Shown one piece after another: positions 51,987-64,000 of a stretch of 64,000 nt of DNA (position 1 is its first letter; every line of letters begins with the position of its first letter). The position numbers and the translations under genes were made by a program. Origin of the DNA: Bispira polyomma (taxonomy: Eukaryota); NCBI GenBank assembly GCA_965649765.1, contig OZ287748.1, positions 34,596,001 to 34,660,000 of the forward strand, read 5' to 3'. The notes under the pieces are model-generated. The model was not told where the DNA came from. It saw only the letters and a list, made by a program, of their open reading frames with translations, and ran no database searches.

Positions 51987-52915
51987 ACAAATGTAAAAAA
52001 CTGAATACTGATCATGAATTTGTATATATAAGAGATCAAAAGAAATATTGTAATACTAGAACTGTATATAATGTAAATCACCAAGCTGTGTGTAGTGACA
52101 ACTGGAGGGCAGATTGAGCTAGATTCATTAATAAATCTTATGCACAAGTCGTGGCTCAAAATACAGGTAGAGTAAATAATAATCAAAACATACATCAGAA
52201 TCCCACCTCCAATTGTCACACACCCGCGAAATGTCAAATGTACAGTGATGTATGTCCTAGTAATGTCAGTAGTTACAGGAATTCAAGGCAACAGGTAGAA
52301 AGGGTGAAAGTTGGCACCTCTCAAGGTGTGAAACCTCTCATTCAAAAAACCCCCCTCTCCACTCTTACACCCAGGGGCCAAAGCCCCCCCTCTTATAAAG
52401 GTAGGACAGAAGGTGTCACAAAAATGTCACACAAATCAGGTGATAAAGTGGGTTGCCAAAATAATCAATTACACTGTCAAAACAGATTTGCACCTCTTCA
52501 CAATTTGAGCATTGATAACAAATACAAATTCTTGTAGTCAAAGTAGTCCAGCTGCACAGCCGGGTGATAAATATGCTCTGCAACTCCAGGTAAAAACGAA
52601 ACACAGAGATGCTGTGTCACTGGCACAAGATAAGAAATTGTTCAAAGCCTGGAATAGGCAAAATAAGGAAAAATTTGGGTTTATCCCCTTGGGGGATGCA
52701 AAATTGCCTAAAGAGGTTAAGGCTCGACCACACTTAGTCGACCCCCTACTAGGGGAAAAACTACTAGAACGTTACTGGGATTGCCAGTTAATACATCTGA
52801 TCAAATTTGGGTTTCCCCTAGATTTTGATAGGACTTGCCCCCTAGAGAATAAAGGGGAAAATTAAGTTGTCCTCAGGGTCGAGCAGTAAATTCAGCAATA
52901 CAAAAAGACCAATAT

Positions 52916-54118
52916 TTGGGTACTCCTTTTATTCTCACCCTTCCTACAGTTGACGACATTACTAAAAATGTGATTAAACTGGGAAAAGGTGTGCTGTTAT
53001 ACAAACTAGACATTAGTCGGGCATTTAGACAAGTCAAAATTGATCTGGCAGATTATGATTTATTAGGTTTACAATTAAATAATTACTACATAGACACTTG
53101 CTTGCCATTTGGATATCGGCACGGAAGCGCAATCTTCCAGCATCTCAGTGACGCCATAAGGTTTATTATGACGTCACATGGTCATGACGTCATCAACTAT
53201 ATTGATGACGTGATAGGATATGGACTACCGGATTCAATTTCCCAGTCATTTGAACTATTAAAAGACACGTTTCACAAGTTAGGCTTTGCCATAAGTGAAA
53301 AGAAGATGGTAGCCCCCAGTACAAAAGTAATATGCCTAGGCGTACTAGTCGATACAGAGAATTTCACAGTGTCAATCCCAGATAACAAATTAGATAAAAT
53401 TAAGCAAATATGTAAAAGTTGGAAAGACAAAAAAGTCTGTAATAAACGGCAGCTACAATCACTATTAGGCTCTCTCTTATGTGTGTCAAAATGCGTTAGA
53501 ACCTCCAGGGTATATCTGAACCGAATGTTAGATACTCTCAGAAGGGCCAGAGATGCCAACAGCATTAAACTAGATATTGCCTTTCAACAGGATTTGAACT
53601 GGTTTGATACATTTCTTACGACCTTTAACGGGGTCGCCTTTTTCGACCATAAACCTGTCACTGATGAAGTACATTTAGATGCCTGTCTGCAAGGTTTAGG
53701 CGCTTGTTGCAATAATGAAATATACACTGAACAGATACCATTGGGTTACAATAATTATACCATTGTCCATTTGGAAATGTTAAACATATTGGTTGCCATA
53801 AGAGTCTGGAAAAATCACTGGTCGGAAAGAAAATTACTAATTCATTGTGATAATCAGGCTGTGGTTTCAATTTTAAACTCAGGTAAAACCTATGACTTCA
53901 CTTTGGCCGCAATAACTAGAAATATTTTCATGGAGGCGACCCAGGTTGACATTGTACTAAGAACAGTCCACATTTTGGGAAAAATGAACAATACCGCGGA
54001 TCTACTATCTAGATGGACAATTACACCCAATAATGTTGACAAACTAAGCGAATTAGTAAAAAACCCCACATGGCTTCAGGTCAAAGATGACCTGCTACAG
54101 ATAAATTGGGCTATCTAG
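52916..54118 (+). CDS. RT-RNase H open segment of copy 5
   Basis: 400 aa uninterrupted: LDISRAFR, LPFG, YIDD, DAC, CDN, ADLLSR. Confidence 0.88.
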   Translation: MGTPFILTLPTVDDITKNVIKLGKGVLLYKLDISRAFRQVKIDLADYDLLGLQLNNYYIDTCLPFGYRHGSAIFQHLSDAIRFIMTSHGHDVINYIDDVIGYGLPDSISQSFELLKDTFHKLGFAISEKKMVAPSTKVICLGVLVDTENFTVSIPDNKLDKIKQICKSWKDKKVCNKRQLQSLLGSLLCVSKCVRTSRVYLNRMLDTLRRARDANSIKLDIAFQQDLNWFDTFLTTFNGVAFFDHKPVTDEVHLDACLQGLGACCNNEIYTEQIPLGYNNYTIVHLEMLNILVAIRVWKNHWSERKLLIHCDNQAVVSILNSGKTYDFTLAAITRNIFMEATQVDIVLRTVHILGKMNNTADLLSRWTITPNNVDKLSELVKNPTWLQVKDDLLQINWAI

Positions 54119-55949
54119 ATGTATTTTTCAGGTTCTTCTACCTGGGTGAACAGGCTAGCTGACAGGGCGGCCAATCGAGCTCATCAAGCATTCCGACCAG
54201 CTACTCAAAAAGCTTACTCTTCCATGTTGCTTTCCTTCTTGGAAGTGCTAGTTGTCAATAATACTTCTCAGACATCAGTAGCTAACTACCTATCTGCCAT
54301 TAAGGCTCAAATGTCACTTTTTGGCCTCCAAGTGGGTGCCTTTTCTGATCAAAGAATTAAATATTTTCAAAAAGCTTTAATATTACAAAGGCCTTTCAGG
54401 GCAAAGATAAATGGGATAATAGATATTGATCTGCTGGAAAAAAATAGCAAAAACGTGCTACTCAATGTTTATGGGTCAAATTTATAAAGCTGCTTACCTT
54501 CTGGCTTTTCTTTCTTAAGAATTTCCAACCTAGTCCCACATTCCATGTCTACATACTCACCTCTTCACGAGTTAGCCAGGGCTGACATCATCTTCGCCCC
54601 TCCTTGTGCTCATATTATCATAAAATGGACTAAAACCCTACAATCTAGAAATACGATTAAAGTCCTTAAAATTCCATCTTTGCAGAATATTGCTATCTGC
54701 CGTGTTATGGCTCTAAAAGCCCTACTTACCATTACACCTGGCAGCAAAAACTCCCCCTTATTTCAAGTCAAAAATAATGCTACCTGGGTTCCACTAACTG
54801 ATTCTAAAATTCGTTCAAACCTAAAAAACATTTTGGCCAGGTTAGGTAAATCGGAATCCAATATTACGTTTCACACATTTCGCCGCTCTGGCGCCACATT
54901 GGCATTCAATGCCCATGTTCCCCTAAAAGACATTCAGAGCCAGGGCATTTGGTCCTTTGAGTGCATTTGGAGATACATTACACAAGATCACACGGCATCT
55001 GACCAAGTAGCCCTCCTCCTTCAGTCTCTGCTCAACTCAACCCCTACCTCCTAGTTGGGCCTTGGTGGTTATTGTCTTATCTAATTAAAATTTACAACTT
55101 TTAACTTTACCTTTTGCTAAACTACTCAAGACCACCTTATAGTCAAAACTTTATGGTAACATCAAAGAGAAATGTAAGGCTAAGGCCAGTCTTAAATTAT
55201 GTAATATAAAATGTTAAGGTTACCTTAAATTCATTAATAATAAAATCAATATTCTTAATTTACGTTCACCTTAAACCAAGTCTAACTCAAGCCACACTTA
55301 ATGTGACTTAGACTATGGTCATCGTTATCTCACTAAGGTGGTTTTATTTAATTGAAAACTATTTTATCAATTCATATATATGTGTAGAAGTAGGTAAATA
55401 TATATAATCCCAACTGTTGTCTTATTTGAGGTCAAACTCCAACTCAAGGTCAGGGCACTGCTATATTGCAATTGCAGATAGGTTGGTAACTGCTGCTTTG
55501 GACATGTCTGAATCTCATGAACTGAATTAGTCATCTGGGTTTCCAGATTCATTTCTACCAGTAATCATTCGAGCCGTTTCATCTGCTCTGGTTGGTTCAT
55601 TTGCTGGAGTTATTTTTGTTGGTGTCATACGAGATCTGGAACATATTATCTAGATAGATCTGACAAGAGTTCACAGGGTCTATTTCATCTTTATATATAC
55701 AGTCATATGCTAATGAGCTGTTTGTTAATGCTAATGAGCTGTCATTTTCCATCCTCTTCTTATCAGGTATAGAGGTGAAGAGTTTTTAGTTGAGGAGATT
55801 ATTCCATCTGGAGGACTATTTCTTTGCATGATGGCTACAGTTCAGTACCTTGCCCGTTAAGTGGGTGAGAGATTGATTCTCGATCAGGTTTTCATGCTCT
55901 ACATGTTTAGTACTTTTAGTACTTGTATTGAGGAATGCTCTAATTACCA

Positions 55950-56780
55950 TGTCTGAGTAATTACTTGCTGGTTCAAAAGAAATGTCTAGTCAAGGCAATT
56001 TATCCTTGAAACACAGCATTATTTACAGGGAGTGAAGTAGGCTGCTGGTTTAATACTTACTGGCACATAAGTAACTGTTAAGTGAAGTACCTTTCTTTAT
56101 CCTTAAAAACAGCACAATGTATATGAAGTGAAGTGGGCGGTTAGTTGAATTCTTACTGGTGTGCAAAACTGTCCAGTGAAGTAATTCTCTTTATCCTTAA
56201 GATTCAGCACTACTTAAATGGTTTTGAGTAGGCTGTTGGTTAAATATTTACTGTTTTGTCAGTAACTGTCTAGTTGAAGTAACTTTCTTTATCCTTGAAA
56301 TACAGCATCAGTTACACAAAGTAAAGTGGTTTGCTGGTTGAATACTTACTGGTCTATACAACTGTCCAGTAAAGTTATTCTTTTTATACTTAAATAGCAG
56401 GTCTACTTATATGATGCTGAGTAGGCATAGTTGAATACTGACTGGTTCTTAAGAAATTGTTCAGTGAAGTATTTTTCGGTTACCTTAAGGTACAGCATCA
56501 CTTATCTTATAATTAAGGGAGTTGCTGATTGATTCCCTTTTGGTGCCAAGACATTGATCAGTGAACTAATTTTCTTCTTATTTTTACTACAATTCGTCTT
56601 TCATTATCTGAGTGGTCTGTTTAGTTTAACATTTTTTGGGACATAAGGAATTGTTCAGTGAAGTGACCTTATTGATCTTGGCAGGACAGCATTACTTATA
56701 CCAAAGTGAAGTAGTCTGTTGGTTGTATACTTCCTGGTTTTATTAGAAATTGTCCAGTGAAGTAATTGCCTTTATACTAC
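55950..56780 (+). repeat. About 95-97-bp tandem array (8-9 diverged units) inside the DIRS relic
   Basis: TATCCTT..ACAGCA..AGTAGGCTG..AATACTTACTGG..TGTCCAGTGAAGTA recurs at 56001, 56098, 56192, 56290, 56385, 56480 and further. Confidence 0.85.
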
Positions 56781-59099
56781 CTACATACATTTATGCATGT
56801 ACTGATGCCTTGTCTGTTTCTCTTTCAAGCCTTTCATTGAGTGGCATCTAGTGAAGAGATCAGCTGTGTGATATCATGTCATTTTGATGACGGTTGAGCA
56901 TAATAGCCAGATGACTTCATCTTCTTGGCCTATTGACATACATATATGCCATAGTCATATCAGTATAGAACGCAGCACTACTTGTTTTCCAGTTAGGTAG
57001 TTGGCTGTTTTGTCAGACTTACATGCTTCTCCTGAAGTGACAAGAGTAAGTTAAATTCCTTATCCTCAACAACTAATGCTTTAAAACTCCCTAATTCCTT
57101 TGGTAGGGCTCTGTTTCACACAAATAACCCTCCTCCTTCAAGGTTGGATTCAAGCATTAGTGAGGATAAGGTAATATGTATTTATAAAATGTATAAATGT
57201 TATTGTAATTTATCTTTTTGGAAGATAAATACTTACCTTAGCGCATCCCGTCCCAGCCAGCCCCACTTTTATTTGTGGAAACATCTCCCAAATTAATTGT
57301 GAATGGGATCTCGAGAATGAGAGTTAAAGAGACTTCCGGCGCATGCACAGCGAGGTTGGTTAGAATAAGTTAAGTAAAATTGAAAGTATAGTCTTAGAAA
57401 AAAAAGACTTGATTTTTATGGTCGAATATTTAGGTGTACTAAATTAAAAGCATTAGTGAGGATAAGGTGTATTTATCTCCCAAAAAGATAAATTAAAATA
57501 AATTTTTACAATTAGTGACTAGCATTGTTAAATCTACTTTTCAGCTTGGGGCATAAGGTCACCTTAAATATTACTTAAATGTTAAGTTTAGGGCTGACAT
57601 AAGGTCACCTTAATCAAATTTTCAATTTGAAGTTAAGGTTGACGTAAGTTCACCTAAATGAAATTTTGTATAGAAGTTAGGGCCACCATATGATGACCCT
57701 AACTTGAGTTTAAGCATACCATTGAGGTTGTCTAATTAAGTTTAAGCATTAAATATGAAGAGTACATTATGTACTGTTGTGTAAGTTAATCTTAAGACCA
57801 AGGACAGTCAGTATTATTTACTGTCCAGTTTTGTATTTTATTATGGCATTAATGTTTGTATATAATATATTTTCAGCTGACCCATAAATGTGCCAGACCA
57901 CTGCATGAATACATGTTAAAATATAAATAAAATTTGTATAAGACATAATGTAAAATAAAGTTCTTGATGTAAAAGTTCATAAGAGTTACTGGCGAGGTGA
58001 GTGGTATCCGCAGTAAACGCCCTTAACATACTGCACCACAAGTCTTGTTAGGCTAATGCCGATTGCATGGCATATGACGGCCATTTTGTAAAATGAAAAA
58101 ACTAGCATTTCTCACTATAGCTCGCTGCAACAGTCCTAAATTGCCGAATAATACGGCCCCTTATTCTAACACAAACAACTTTTTTGAGAAAGCCAGACAT
58201 TGTTATTTTATGAAAACATGAGATTTTTATTTTTAGAGAACTTCTTTTATTCCACATGAGACACAACATTCAGTGACTATCATATATTACATCCATCCCA
58301 GTCAGACATCCAAGCCCCAGCTGTCCAGAGTCTTAAGGCCGATCCACTGGCCTGCTGGTACACATTACAATTAAAACTAGCACCACTGGGAGGAAGGAAG
58401 GCACAGAAAACGTGGATTATGCATTGGACTGCTAGTATTCCTCATATAATTCCACACCATGATACATTCTAACACTAGAAAAGTACATTTACACAGGGCA
58501 GAGGTGGGCGGGTGTTTTAATGTTGCTATTCTGTGAACATTATTGTGTAAAAGGCGGGATAATTAAAAAAGAGGCTGCCTTTTACATTGGCCACAATCGA
58601 TGAGTTTAGAAATACACTGGTACCCCAGAACTCAAAGCGCCAGCGCCCCGACGTTATAAAGTTTAGACATCTGATTATGCTAAAATAAGAATGTTTTCTT
58701 TGGCTTCAACTTAATTCTTTACCAAAAATACTAGTTTACTGGAAATAAATCTTAAAACACATATGTCTTAGTTTACTGGAAATGAATCTTCAAACACATA
58801 TGTCTTTATATAACGTTATATTTTGTTCTCCAGAATAGGTCTGGACATAACTGCAACTGAAATAGAGTGAGGATTTTGTAATAGCATTAATGGTTAAGAA
58901 GTGTGTCCCCGAAGTGGATGGTAACAGGTTAGATGATTAAAATGACATTTTAAGGATTTGTCCTGTACTTACTTTTATATCAGATGCCTTTTTGTGGATT
59001 CTTTTCAAAGATGACAAGACTGTTGGCATTGTTATTAAAGTAATGGCCAGACACACAGGTAGTTGTGTGGGTGTGTCAAGATTGTCCTCATTAAAAGAG

Positions 59100-59300
59100 G
59101 AGGCCGTGGTGGCCTTTATAGTTTAAAGTGTCTGCTTTGTGTCACCAGCCTCCTATCTCTGTGGAGTGTGGGGTTCCACTCCTGCCACATATTTTATTTG
59201 GGAAAGTTTGTCAGATACTTGCCACAAGACGGTGGTTTTCAATACAAATAGTACTGGTTTTCCTACAGCAATAAATCTAGCAGTAAAATCCAAATAAATC
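59100..59300 (+). mobile_element. Degenerate tRNA-derived SINE (related family)
   Basis: GGCCGTGGTGGCC head, B-box-like GGTTCCACTCC, GGGAAAG..GGTGGTTTT..GGTTTTCCT body resembling the other SINEs. Confidence 0.6.
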
Positions 59301-60872
59301 CAGATTTAGAGATAGGAAAGAAGGACAAAAGCTAGAAATTACTGCAATTTTGATGGATTTCCTTTATTTTTTGTTCTGATGTTGCGAAATAGTGTTACAT
59401 TTTCGTTCATGATTGATGTGATAGTGGCAGGGCAAAAGAGGGAAATAAAAATATTTTTACATGTAAAATATATGCGTTGCTAAATATACCAACTTTACCT
59501 CAGTGCTTTAGAACTTCTTCCATTTTTCCTCTTAAAATAAAATACGTTCGGATTTACATCTTAGTGTTCACTAAGATTAAAATATAGGTTGAGCATTTCC
59601 CAGGTACCAAGTCAATTGATTCAATATTTGTTAATCAATTACTGGGGGCTTTTCAGATCACTTCTCATAGTTCTAAATGAAACTGCTGCCACTGATAAGT
59701 CGCTACTTGTAACCTTATCTTTTTATGACTTTTTATTTCAGGCTATTCTGAGAAATAAGCCTTGACATAATATCTCTTTTCTGCCCAAGGACTTTTGCCA
59801 AGATTTCTGTGTTTTTCTAATTTTTTGTCAATTATTGCTATATACAACATAAAGGATATGGAGTATGGTTTCTATGATTTCTGACAAGATATATCAGTCT
59901 GTCTGACCTATATGACTGTATATTTACATTTATCCTTGCTGGGAATAATTTGATTGTAATTTGATTGTGTCAACACTTCTTGAAAGTCCTGTTAGTATGA
60001 TATATTTAAGTCAACCTATTTGGTATATCAGTCTGTCTGGCCTGTATGACTAAACACTTACCCTTATCTTGACTCTTAATAATTGTTCATAATTTCATTT
60101 GTTTTTAAAACTCACTTCAACACTACTCAAGTTACTGCTCCTTAAAACTAAATCAATGTCTGGCTGATCATAACTTTTATGTTCATTTTCCTGGTTAAAC
60201 TTTAAATTTAAAATCAGTATCAAGCTGCAAATAAATTACAGTGACATTTGCAAACTGAAAATGAATAACAGGGACATTTGTGTACCATAAAAATATTGTG
60301 TGTTGTGTATTATTTAAAAAAAATTATAATCTATTGTTCTATACAAGAGGGAAAATAATTACTAATAAAATTATAAACAATTAATATGGAATTTAATTTA
60401 TCATCTTAAATTAATTGATATTTTTTTACATTTAAGCCCCAGTGCCATTGTTTGTGTCACAGCTCAAAACCTGTGTCCTGTATTAGGAAAAAACCTATCT
60501 ATTCTGTCAAAACACAATTATTTATGTCTGTAGCCAAATAAAAAATTGTTCTAATGGATTTACTTAGCTCGTCATTATTCCAAACAGGCAGAAAATAATG
60601 ACTTTAGCCAGGAAAGGAGTATCTGATTACACTGCTTGTATACTCTGTCTCTGACCCCGACCGTGTGGGAGAAAAAGTAAGCTGGGTATATGGAGTGAAA
60701 TCAGTTTAAACATTAAAAAACGTTTGGTACAGATAGGTGGGATATGTTTTTAAAAGAGGCTATATTGCACTGGCAGCACTGACATCACAGGAGCTTGATG
60801 ATTCACTCGGCAAGTGATCCATTTTACTAGTGGGTAAATTGCCAAAAATATAGACCCCCCAAAAAAAGCAAA

Positions 60873-63800
60873 CAGTGTCTCAGGGTTCAGAGGCAATTTA
60901 TGTAATCAGTTACCAAAGGCAAAATAGAGAAGTGCGGTTAAATTTTGTATTAGTTCTATATTAAATCTACTATTGCTGTATATACAGCTGTAATTAGGAT
61001 AGGCATGAGCTTACCTTAGCTGAAGATTTCAGGTTACTTTAAGCTGAGTATCAGGTCACCTTATCTTTAGTTAAAGATAGTAAATGTTTTAAGTAAGGTG
61101 TACGAGTACGAGTACCCTCGTAAAGCATTAGTGCAATGTAATAAATGCTAGAGGTGATCTTATCACCAAAAGCCAGTAATATTTAATTTTACTGTATATT
61201 TAACTGATAACATTTTATTTAGTTTGAATAAGTTCTTTACTTCACTGGCATATCTGGTTTGTCAGCCAACAAAACACCAGAGATTAGGTAGTGAGTAGCA
61301 CCCGTTTGAAACAGTCACCCACTGGAACCCTTGTGTGCGCTGAATCAGTGCCATGTGCAGGCATGTGTCTGTATGTCTTGTAATTGGACCCTGTTATTAA
61401 AGACAAACATGGCACTTGAAGATTGGAAAGCGTGGCAAGTTAATATCATAACATAAACCAACATGGATAACTCATCATACAATGTTTTTTTCCCATCTCG
61501 CCATATGACACTCATTCTCGTGAGGGTTGCATCCAGAAAAAAACATTTTCTCACTGCTGTTCACTATTATAATAAACTTTCCCGTTAAAAGAATGTCTCA
61601 AAGGTTTCTTGAGCCTGGTCCTGATGACAAAGCAAATAAATATCATCGATGTAATACCATTAACATGGAAACCTTTGGTTGCCAATATGTAGCATATAAA
61701 ATCCGATATACGCTGAAAAATGGCTGTGCCCTGAACTGCCCTGAAGGTAAGACTCTAATACCAATAAAAATTGCCTCGTCACTCTATCCCCAAATGTACT
61801 GCATCAGCAGGATCTATATGAATATTCCTGAAAGCCCGGGATATATCCACTTTCACAAGTCTAGCATTCTGGCCTAATCTGGTGAGATCTCGGATAAGAG
61901 AATCCAAACCTGGGAGGACTAATTTGAAAGGTAAACCATCATAAGTCTCTTTTATGGTGGCTTTGTTAATCGGAAAATACACCATAAGAAAGGTCGAGAA
62001 TTACACGTCTGTCCACGGTGTCCTTTTCTCTAGTCATAAGGGGTGACCAAGTGAAAGAGGGTTAGGAAATGGATTCAAATCGTCCCACCATAGCCTTGTG
62101 TGATATTTCAGTAGTTAAATATTTGTCAATAGCTTCAGGATATGAGTGAGCCGAGTGATGATTCTCAACTGCTGGAGTCAAAATGCTACAACTTTTGATC
62201 ATAATACCCTACCATGATTTCAGTCCAGTAAGGAATGATAAGGCATGATGCCAAGGAAAATCTACAAGATTTATAATTAGACACTTTAGAAGCTTAAATT
62301 TGAGAAAACCATGTAAGCATAATGCTCAACATTGGACATGTTAGCTCAGGTACGGGTGGTGCCTGAGTACCACATGTGTCACTTGCAATAAACCCCATTG
62401 TTCTATCATGTGGAACCCCACATTGCTTCTTATTATCAATATTCACACAATCACTCTTATCTACAACAATATCTTTTCTCTTAAAGTCTCTATTAATTAC
62501 ACCTCATTATATCATTTACACGGCACTTTCTTGGGTTTTCACTGGCTGGAGGCCTGCGTCTTGGTTGTGGTTTTACTGGAAATGGTAGTTGATCCACTAA
62601 ATACTGCGGATTGTGAGTCATTTTATTCTCGGCTAATTTTCTGGTATCTGTACATTTCACCACTTCACCCTCCATCTGATGCATTGAGACAGCATATGTT
62701 CCCTGAGCGATAGGCCAAGACAAGTCCTCGGATAATTTAATTGTTTCTGAAAGTTCACATAACATGGCCTGGGAAGTCTTGCCATCTTCAGTCTGAAGCG
62801 CATTTTTCAGGTAGCCAACAATAAAATTTCAAAATTTCCAAGTGATAAATCGTCATAAGTAAATCGCTTACGTGAATGGCCTATGAGGCAGTTCTCGTTT
62901 GGCCAAGGTTGGCTAGGAATGGGGTTGGGGGTTTATGCAACACTATACTGACCACTCTTCTTCCTTTTATTACCTTGGGTCAGTTCCGCCTTCACCCTAG
63001 CCTCCGAGGCTCCCATCTTTTCATCGACCAGAAGTAATTGGATCTAAGAGATTCTGAAGTCATATCTTGAAAACTCGTCTGTCTGGCCTGCTCTGTTGAT
63101 GTCACTGTGTGTATAGCTGCTGGCCTCTGCTGGGGCTGCTGCTGTAGCTGCACGTAGTTGTCAAAATGATCAGTCATTGGGAACAGTGTGTTTGATTTGA
63201 TGTCCCTCACCAAGGATGCCCCATGTTGAAGCCCAACGGTAAAGCCGACAGCTGCAATCTTTGTTAAAGAGTTGACATCTCACTGTGTTGAGAGAGCAGG
63301 TTTTGTTGTACAGGTCTCTGTTGTATCCCATGAATGCCCGTGAAATTATGCATTGGTGGCTGCTACTGATATGCATTCTGAGGAACACTCGTTGACAGCG
63401 TGGTCACCATTGCTGGTGGTTGTGTGAAGGTCTGCTGCTGAGTGAATGTCTGATGCTGTGAAAAGTCCAGCCTCCCAGATCCCGCGCTCTCCAAAGCTCT
63501 TGCTGGCTTGAGTTTCTTTGCACTTGCTGGTATAACCTTTTTCGTTTGGGGATCTTTAACTATGACAGATATGTCCTTAAAAGGGTGAGCAATTCTCGAG
63601 CCTTCAGTCACGTTTTTCACTGTGAGAGGTGTCCTCTATGATTCCGTGAAGAGAGGCTCCTCCATTGCTTACGGCGAGTTATCGTCCACGAGATTTTCTG
63701 TCTCGGTCTCTGTGGCAGACATGTGCTTACTGGCTCATGGCTTCTCTTTCACAGATAACGCTGCCATTTTCGTTTCCATACTTTCTAGCTTCTGCCCAAA

Positions 63801-64000
63801 TGTTTGCATGGTAACAAGCATTGTAGCAAACAGCCTTTCTGCTTTACAGTTAGATCTTCTTTTTCTCCAATCACTTTCTGATACCTCACCTTTTTTCTGT
63901 CGGCTTCCTTGCCTACAGACTGTGGACTTCGGCTGCATTTTGAAATAATGGGCCTTTCATGCTCTAATTCACACTTTTTACAATACGCCACATATCTGGG
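60873..64000 (-). mobile_element. Ngaro-like YR retrotransposon copy 6 (heavily decayed, runs off the window)
   Basis: gag start CKKCELEHERPIISKC (63991), RT fragment KVDISRAFRNI (61985-61779), YR tail CHAFQSS..DIQTHACTW (about 61450-61285), B-like end CAGTGTCTC at 60873 with GCGGTTAAAT. Confidence 0.85.

Larger units (their letters stand above)
50379..55460 (+). mobile_element. Ngaro-like YR retrotransposon copy 5 (inside the DIRS relic)
   Basis: 5' end homologous to the copy 1 terminus; gag 50905-51965; pol about 51960-54118 (YIDD, HLDACLQGLG); YR 54132-55054 (FHTFRRSG, WRYI); 3' end GGGCACTG at 55460. Confidence 0.92.
47177..57510 (+). mobile_element. DIRS1-type element with inverted terminal repeats and internal complementary region (coding region decayed)
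   Basis: Left ITR about 47188-47370 inverted at about 57287-57478; ICR about 57153-57240 complementary to both outer ends; gag-like remnant MDSALQAIMA*FTTISDRLSKVE at about 47765-47835. Confidence 0.82.
47090..58660 (-). mobile_element. ORF-less Ngaro solo module (A-spacer-B) split by a DIRS insertion
   Basis: B terminus CAGTTCCCC at 47090 with AAAGATTGCGGT; B resumes at about 57511 (TGACTAGCAT, GGGCATAAGGTCACCTTA) to about 57900; spacer to about 58500; A-like repeat about 58510-58660 (TATTCTGTGAACA, AAGGCGGGA, CTGGTACCCCAGAACT). Confidence 0.8.

Noticed and set aside
55950-56780. Regularly spaced repeats resembling a CRISPR array
   Set aside because: Whole 95-bp units are homologous with no unique spacers; eukaryotic context and no cas genes.

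Overview
AT-rich eukaryotic genomic DNA, probably from a marine invertebrate (inferred from the repeat families). The only intact host gene is an intronless class A GPCR (1849-3030, minus strand); the rest is a dense nest of transposons. There are five coding copies of a Ngaro-like tyrosine-recombinase (YR) retrotransposon family (gag-RT-RNase H-YR, no methyltransferase) plus one ORF-less solo module. One copy keeps the full split-direct-repeat structure (A1-ORFs-B1-A2-spacer-B2, 30788-43120). It sits precisely inside a Harbinger transposase and carries a second copy inside its own YR gene. Another copy is the innermost layer of a triple nest: solo Ngaro module > ITR/ICR-type DIRS relic > Ngaro copy. 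L2-type LINE fragments, tRNA-derived SINEs, MITEs, tandem repeats and a local segmental duplication are also present. The main result comes from comparing the diverged Ngaro copies, which share a retrovirus-like expression scheme. First, an A_AAA_AAC slippery heptamer plus a covarying hairpin at the gag stop would give Gag-Pol by -1 frameshifting. Second, a conserved phase-1 GT-AG intron would remove the rest of gag and all of pol, fusing the Gag N-terminal zinc-finger/coiled-coil region in frame to the recombinase. Both signals are seen in the sequence; their use in vivo is inferred.
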